Positions 60,836 through 64,000 of a stretch of 64,000 nucleotides of DNA are shown in pieces. The stretch is taken from the NCBI GenBank assembly GCA_965217185.1, contig OZ244252.1, forward strand, positions 3,584,001-3,648,000, given 5' to 3'. A program made the position numbers and the translations under genes. Under the pieces are notes generated by a model. It was not told the DNA's origin and did not search any database. It saw only the letters and a program-made list of their open reading frames with translations. Every line of letters starts with the position of its first letter. Within the stretch, counting starts at the first letter, position 1. The DNA comes from an uncultured Candidatus Entotheonella sp. (GTDB lineage Bacteria > Tectomicrobia > Entotheonellia > Entotheonellales > Entotheonellaceae).

Positions 60836-61422
60836 CCCGAAGACCGCAGCAAGGCCAGGGTTCGCACCAACGGCAGGCCCACCACGTTGTTGTAGCACCC
60901 TTCCAAGGCCGCGACGAATTGCCCGCCGACGCCTTGAACGGCGTAGGCGCCGGCCTTGTCGAACGGCTCCCCGGTGGCGATATACGCTTCGATATCCGCA
61001 GCCTGCAAGGTGTGAAAACGCACCCGTGTGCTCACGACGTCGCACTGCACGATGCGCCGGCCGTGGTGCACGACGGCCACGCCGGTCATCACCGTGTGCT
61101 CGCGCCCGCTGAGGCTGCTCAGCATGTCGCGCGCCGCCGCGGCGGCGGCCGGCTTGCCAAGGATGTGTTGGTCGAGGACGACGACCGTGTCGGCGCCCAG
61201 CACCCAGGCAGAGGGAAATTGTTGAGCCAGTTGCTCGGCTTTTGTTCGGGCCAGGCGCGCGACGTAGGATTCGGGCGGCTCCGCGGCATGGTGCCGCTCG
61301 TCGATGTGCGCCGGCATGACGCTGAACGGCAGTTCCAGCGTTACCAGGAGTTCGCGCCGTCGTGGGGAAGCCGAGGCGAGGATCAGGGTAGGGTAGGGGC
61401 TGACGACCGTATCCGAGGCCAT
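60817..61422 (-). CDS. maf: Maf nucleotide pyrophosphatase
   Basis: [32 protein letters not shown]. Confidence 0.93.
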   Translation of the reverse strand: MASDTVVSPYPTLILASASPRRRELLVTLELPFSVMPAHIDERHHAAEPPESYVARLARTKAEQLAQQFPSAWVLGADTVVVLDQHILGKPAAAAAARDMLSSLSGREHTVMTGVAVVHHGRRIVQCDVVSTRVRFHTLQAADIEAYIATGEPFDKAGAYAVQGVGGQFVAALEGCYNNVVGLPLVRTLALLRSSGYGAGA

Positions 61423-61439
61423 GGTCGTCCGATCCGCCG

Positions 61440-62414
61440 CTACACGTCGCGGGTGGTGACGTAATCCGCGATGGCGTACAGCGTGTCCATAGCTTTGCAA
61501 GGCGCGAAGGATTCGATCTGTTGCTTGGCCTGATCGACGTGTTCCTGCGCCTTGGCAAGGGTGGATTTCAGGGTGCCGTACTTGTGCAGGAGGGCGGTTA
61601 CCTGCCGCGGGACCGCCTCGTCGTTGGACCCATTGTTCACGTAATCGGTAACGAACTGAGACTCCTCGGGACTGGCCTGTTGCAGCAACGAAATGATCGG
61701 CAGGGTGATCTTGCCCTCTTTGAGGTCGTTGTGCACCGGCTTGCCGAGCTTGTCGGCGGGGGCGACGAAATCCAGCGTGTCGTCGGCCATTTGGAAAGCC
61801 ATCCCCAGGTGGTGCCCGAACGCCTCGACTTTATCGCGTTGCTGCGGCGAGATGCCGCCGATGATTGCGCCGATTTTGCAGCTTGCCGCAAACAGCGAGG
61901 CCGTTTTGAGCGCGATAATGCGGTAATACTCCACCTCGCTGATGCCCAGGTCACGCTGCTTCAGCGTTTCGATCACCTGGCCCTTGGCCATCTCGACGGT
62001 CACGTCGGACACTGTTTCCATAACCAAGTGGTCCTTGTCGGCCAGCGCCAGCGACATCGCCTTGGCGTAGAGGTAATCGCCGATCAGGATGGAGATTTCG
62101 TTGCCCCACAGCGAATGAACCGTTGGATTGCCGCGCCGCAGCTCGGCGTGGTCCATGACGTCGTCGTGCAACAGGGTGGCGGTGTGGATGAACTCGATGA
62201 CGGTGCTGAGGTCGTACATGCGCTGACCGGCGTAACTGCATAGGCGAGCCGACAGGATGAGCAGCGCCGGGCGGATGCGCTTACCGCCGCTGGACAGGAC
62301 GTATTGCGCGGTCTCTGAGATGAAGGGAACGTCGGAATCCAGATGCTTGGCGATGGCCGTTTCAACCTGCTGCAAGTCGGCTTCGACGAAGCGCCGCATT
62401 TCCTTATATAACAT
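61440..62414 (-). CDS. ispB: Polyprenyl diphosphate synthase
   Basis: GGKRIRP, HTATLLHDDVMD, RRG, FQMADDTLD. Confidence 0.88.
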   Translation of the reverse strand: MLYKEMRRFVEADLQQVETAIAKHLDSDVPFISETAQYVLSSGGKRIRPALLILSARLCSYAGQRMYDLSTVIEFIHTATLLHDDVMDHAELRRGNPTVHSLWGNEISILIGDYLYAKAMSLALADKDHLVMETVSDVTVEMAKGQVIETLKQRDLGISEVEYYRIIALKTASLFAASCKIGAIIGGISPQQRDKVEAFGHHLGMAFQMADDTLDFVAPADKLGKPVHNDLKEGKITLPIISLLQQASPEESQFVTDYVNNGSNDEAVPRQVTALLHKYGTLKSTLAKAQEHVDQAKQQIESFAPCKAMDTLYAIADYVTTRDV

Positions 62415-62464
62415 GAACTCCACACTTTTCAGCACGGGGATTGGGGGGATTTGCAGAAGGGCCA

Positions 62465-62493
62465 ACTCTAGAAGTATCTGCCCTTGGTGTCAA
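62465..62493 (-). promoter_or_regulatory. Sigma70-like promoter for ispB-maf
   Basis: TTGACA-17-TAGAGT. Confidence 0.55.
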
Positions 62494-62604
62494 GCCGCCG
62501 GCCCGCCTTAGGGTCACGGTGGGTATGGTATACTGGCCGCCCTCAATTCAATTGCCAGAACAGCCCGTGGCGGGCTGAAAACAACACACTCTGGTGGACA
62601 AGTC

Positions 62605-64000
62605 ATGGTGTTGGCCAAGGTGCTCAGTAGCACCCTGTTGGGCGTTGACGCCTATCGCGTTGAGGTGGAGGTCGATTTGGCCAACGGCCTGCCGATGTTT
62701 ACCACGGTGGGGCTGCCCGACGCCTCCGTGCGCGAGAGCCGCGACCGCGTCAAGGCGGCCATGGCCAACTGCGGTTTTCCCTTCCCGCTGCGGCGCATCA
62801 CCGTAAATCTGGCCCCGGCGCATCTGCGCAAGGCGGGCACGGCCTTTGACCTGCCGATTGCCCTGGGTGTGCTGCAGGCGGCAGGATACATCCAGTCCGA
62901 GATGCTCGCTCGCTATCAGGTTGTCGGCGAGCTGTCGCTCGATGGCCGTGTCAAGGCCGTCGCCGGCGCCCTGCCGATGGCGGTCGGGGCGCTGGAATCG
63001 GGTGTGGACGGCATGGTGGTGCCGCTTGAGAACGCCGCCGAGGCGGCGGTGGTGGAAGCCGTGCCGGTGTTCGGGGTCGAGACCCTGGCGCAGGCGATCG
63101 GTTTCTTCAACGGCACCGAATCCCTGTCCCGCACGGTCAGCGACGTGAACACCCTGTTCGAGAACAAGGCGGTGTATGCGGAGGACTTGGCCGACGTCAA
63201 AGGCCAGCAGCACGTCAAGCGCGCCCTGGAAGTCGCCGCGGCCGGTGCCCACAACATGCTTTTGATCGGCCCACCCGGTTCCGGCAAATCGTTGATGGCG
63301 CGCCGGCTGCCCTCCATCCTCCCCGACATGGAGTTGTCGGAGGCCATCGAGACCTCGAAGATCCACAGCATCGCCGGCCTGCTGCACCGCGACCAGGCCC
63401 TCATCGCCACGCGTCCCTTCCGTTCCCCCCACCACTCGACATCCGATGCGGGGCTGATCGGCGGCGGCACGATTCCGGGGCCGGGGGAGGTCAGCCTCGC
63501 GCACAACGGCGTGCTGTTCCTCGACGAACTGCCCGAGTTTCGCCGCAGCGTGCTGGAGGTGTTGCGGCAGCCGCTGGAAGACGCCCAGGTGACCATCGCT
63601 CGCGCCTCCATGGCCCTGACGTTTCCGGCCCGCTTCATGCTGGCGGCGGCGATGAATCCTTGCCCGTGCGGCTACAGCACCGACCCGCAGCGTGCCTGCC
63701 ACTGCTCGGCGTAGCAGTTGCAACGTTACACGAGCCGAATTTCCGGCCCCCTCCTGGACCGGATCGATATCCATATCGAAGTGCCGCCCGTGCGCTATGC
63801 CGATCTGGCTTCTTCCGCCGCCGCCGAACCTTCGTCCGCCATTCGAGCACGGGTGAACGCCGCCCGGCAGCGTCAACGGGCTCGTTTCGCCGGCACCGAC
63901 ATTCCTCACAACGCCGTCATGGGCGTCCGCAACATCCGGCAATACTGCAAGCTCGACGACGCCGGCGAACGCCTGCTCGAACAGGCGATGCACCGCTTCG
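62605..64000 (+). pseudogene. comM: ComM/YifB AAA+ protein with an internal amber stop; runs off the window
   Basis: [36 protein letters not shown] at 63712-63714, then in-frame QLQRYTSRISGPLLDRIDIHIEV. Confidence 0.85.

Overview
GC-rich bacterial chromosome window. The gene mix (several LLM oxidoreductases, class III CoA transferases, PAS/LuxR solo, DacZ-like cyclase, second EF-G) resembles Tectomicrobia- or deltaproteobacteria-like lineages; this is inference only. Metabolic and housekeeping blocks (splB-like, SSS transporter, arsM, ybdK, sppA, glcDE, trkH, yebC-ruvCAB-queA, HU, dnaJ-hspR-dnaJ, fusA paralogue, maf, ispB, comM) surround a ~21 kb accessory/defence region (16.3-37.1 kb) that lies between two GTAG-type REP copies. 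That region holds an SNF2 helicase-DUF4391-Mod-AlbA-Res type III R-M operon with two frameshifts, three higA genes and two higB genes, an Mrr-like nuclease and interleaved diverged duplications. It also holds the best candidate for an undescribed system: a low-GC four-gene operon (GT-A glycosyltransferase, alpha/beta hydrolase, hexapeptide acyltransferase, membrane-anchored putative ligand-binding protein). Its acyltransferase is interrupted by a ~180 bp IS630-derived mini-element not visible in the ORF track. No rRNA, tRNA or CRISPR array was seen. All family calls come from motif recognition by eye, not database searches.
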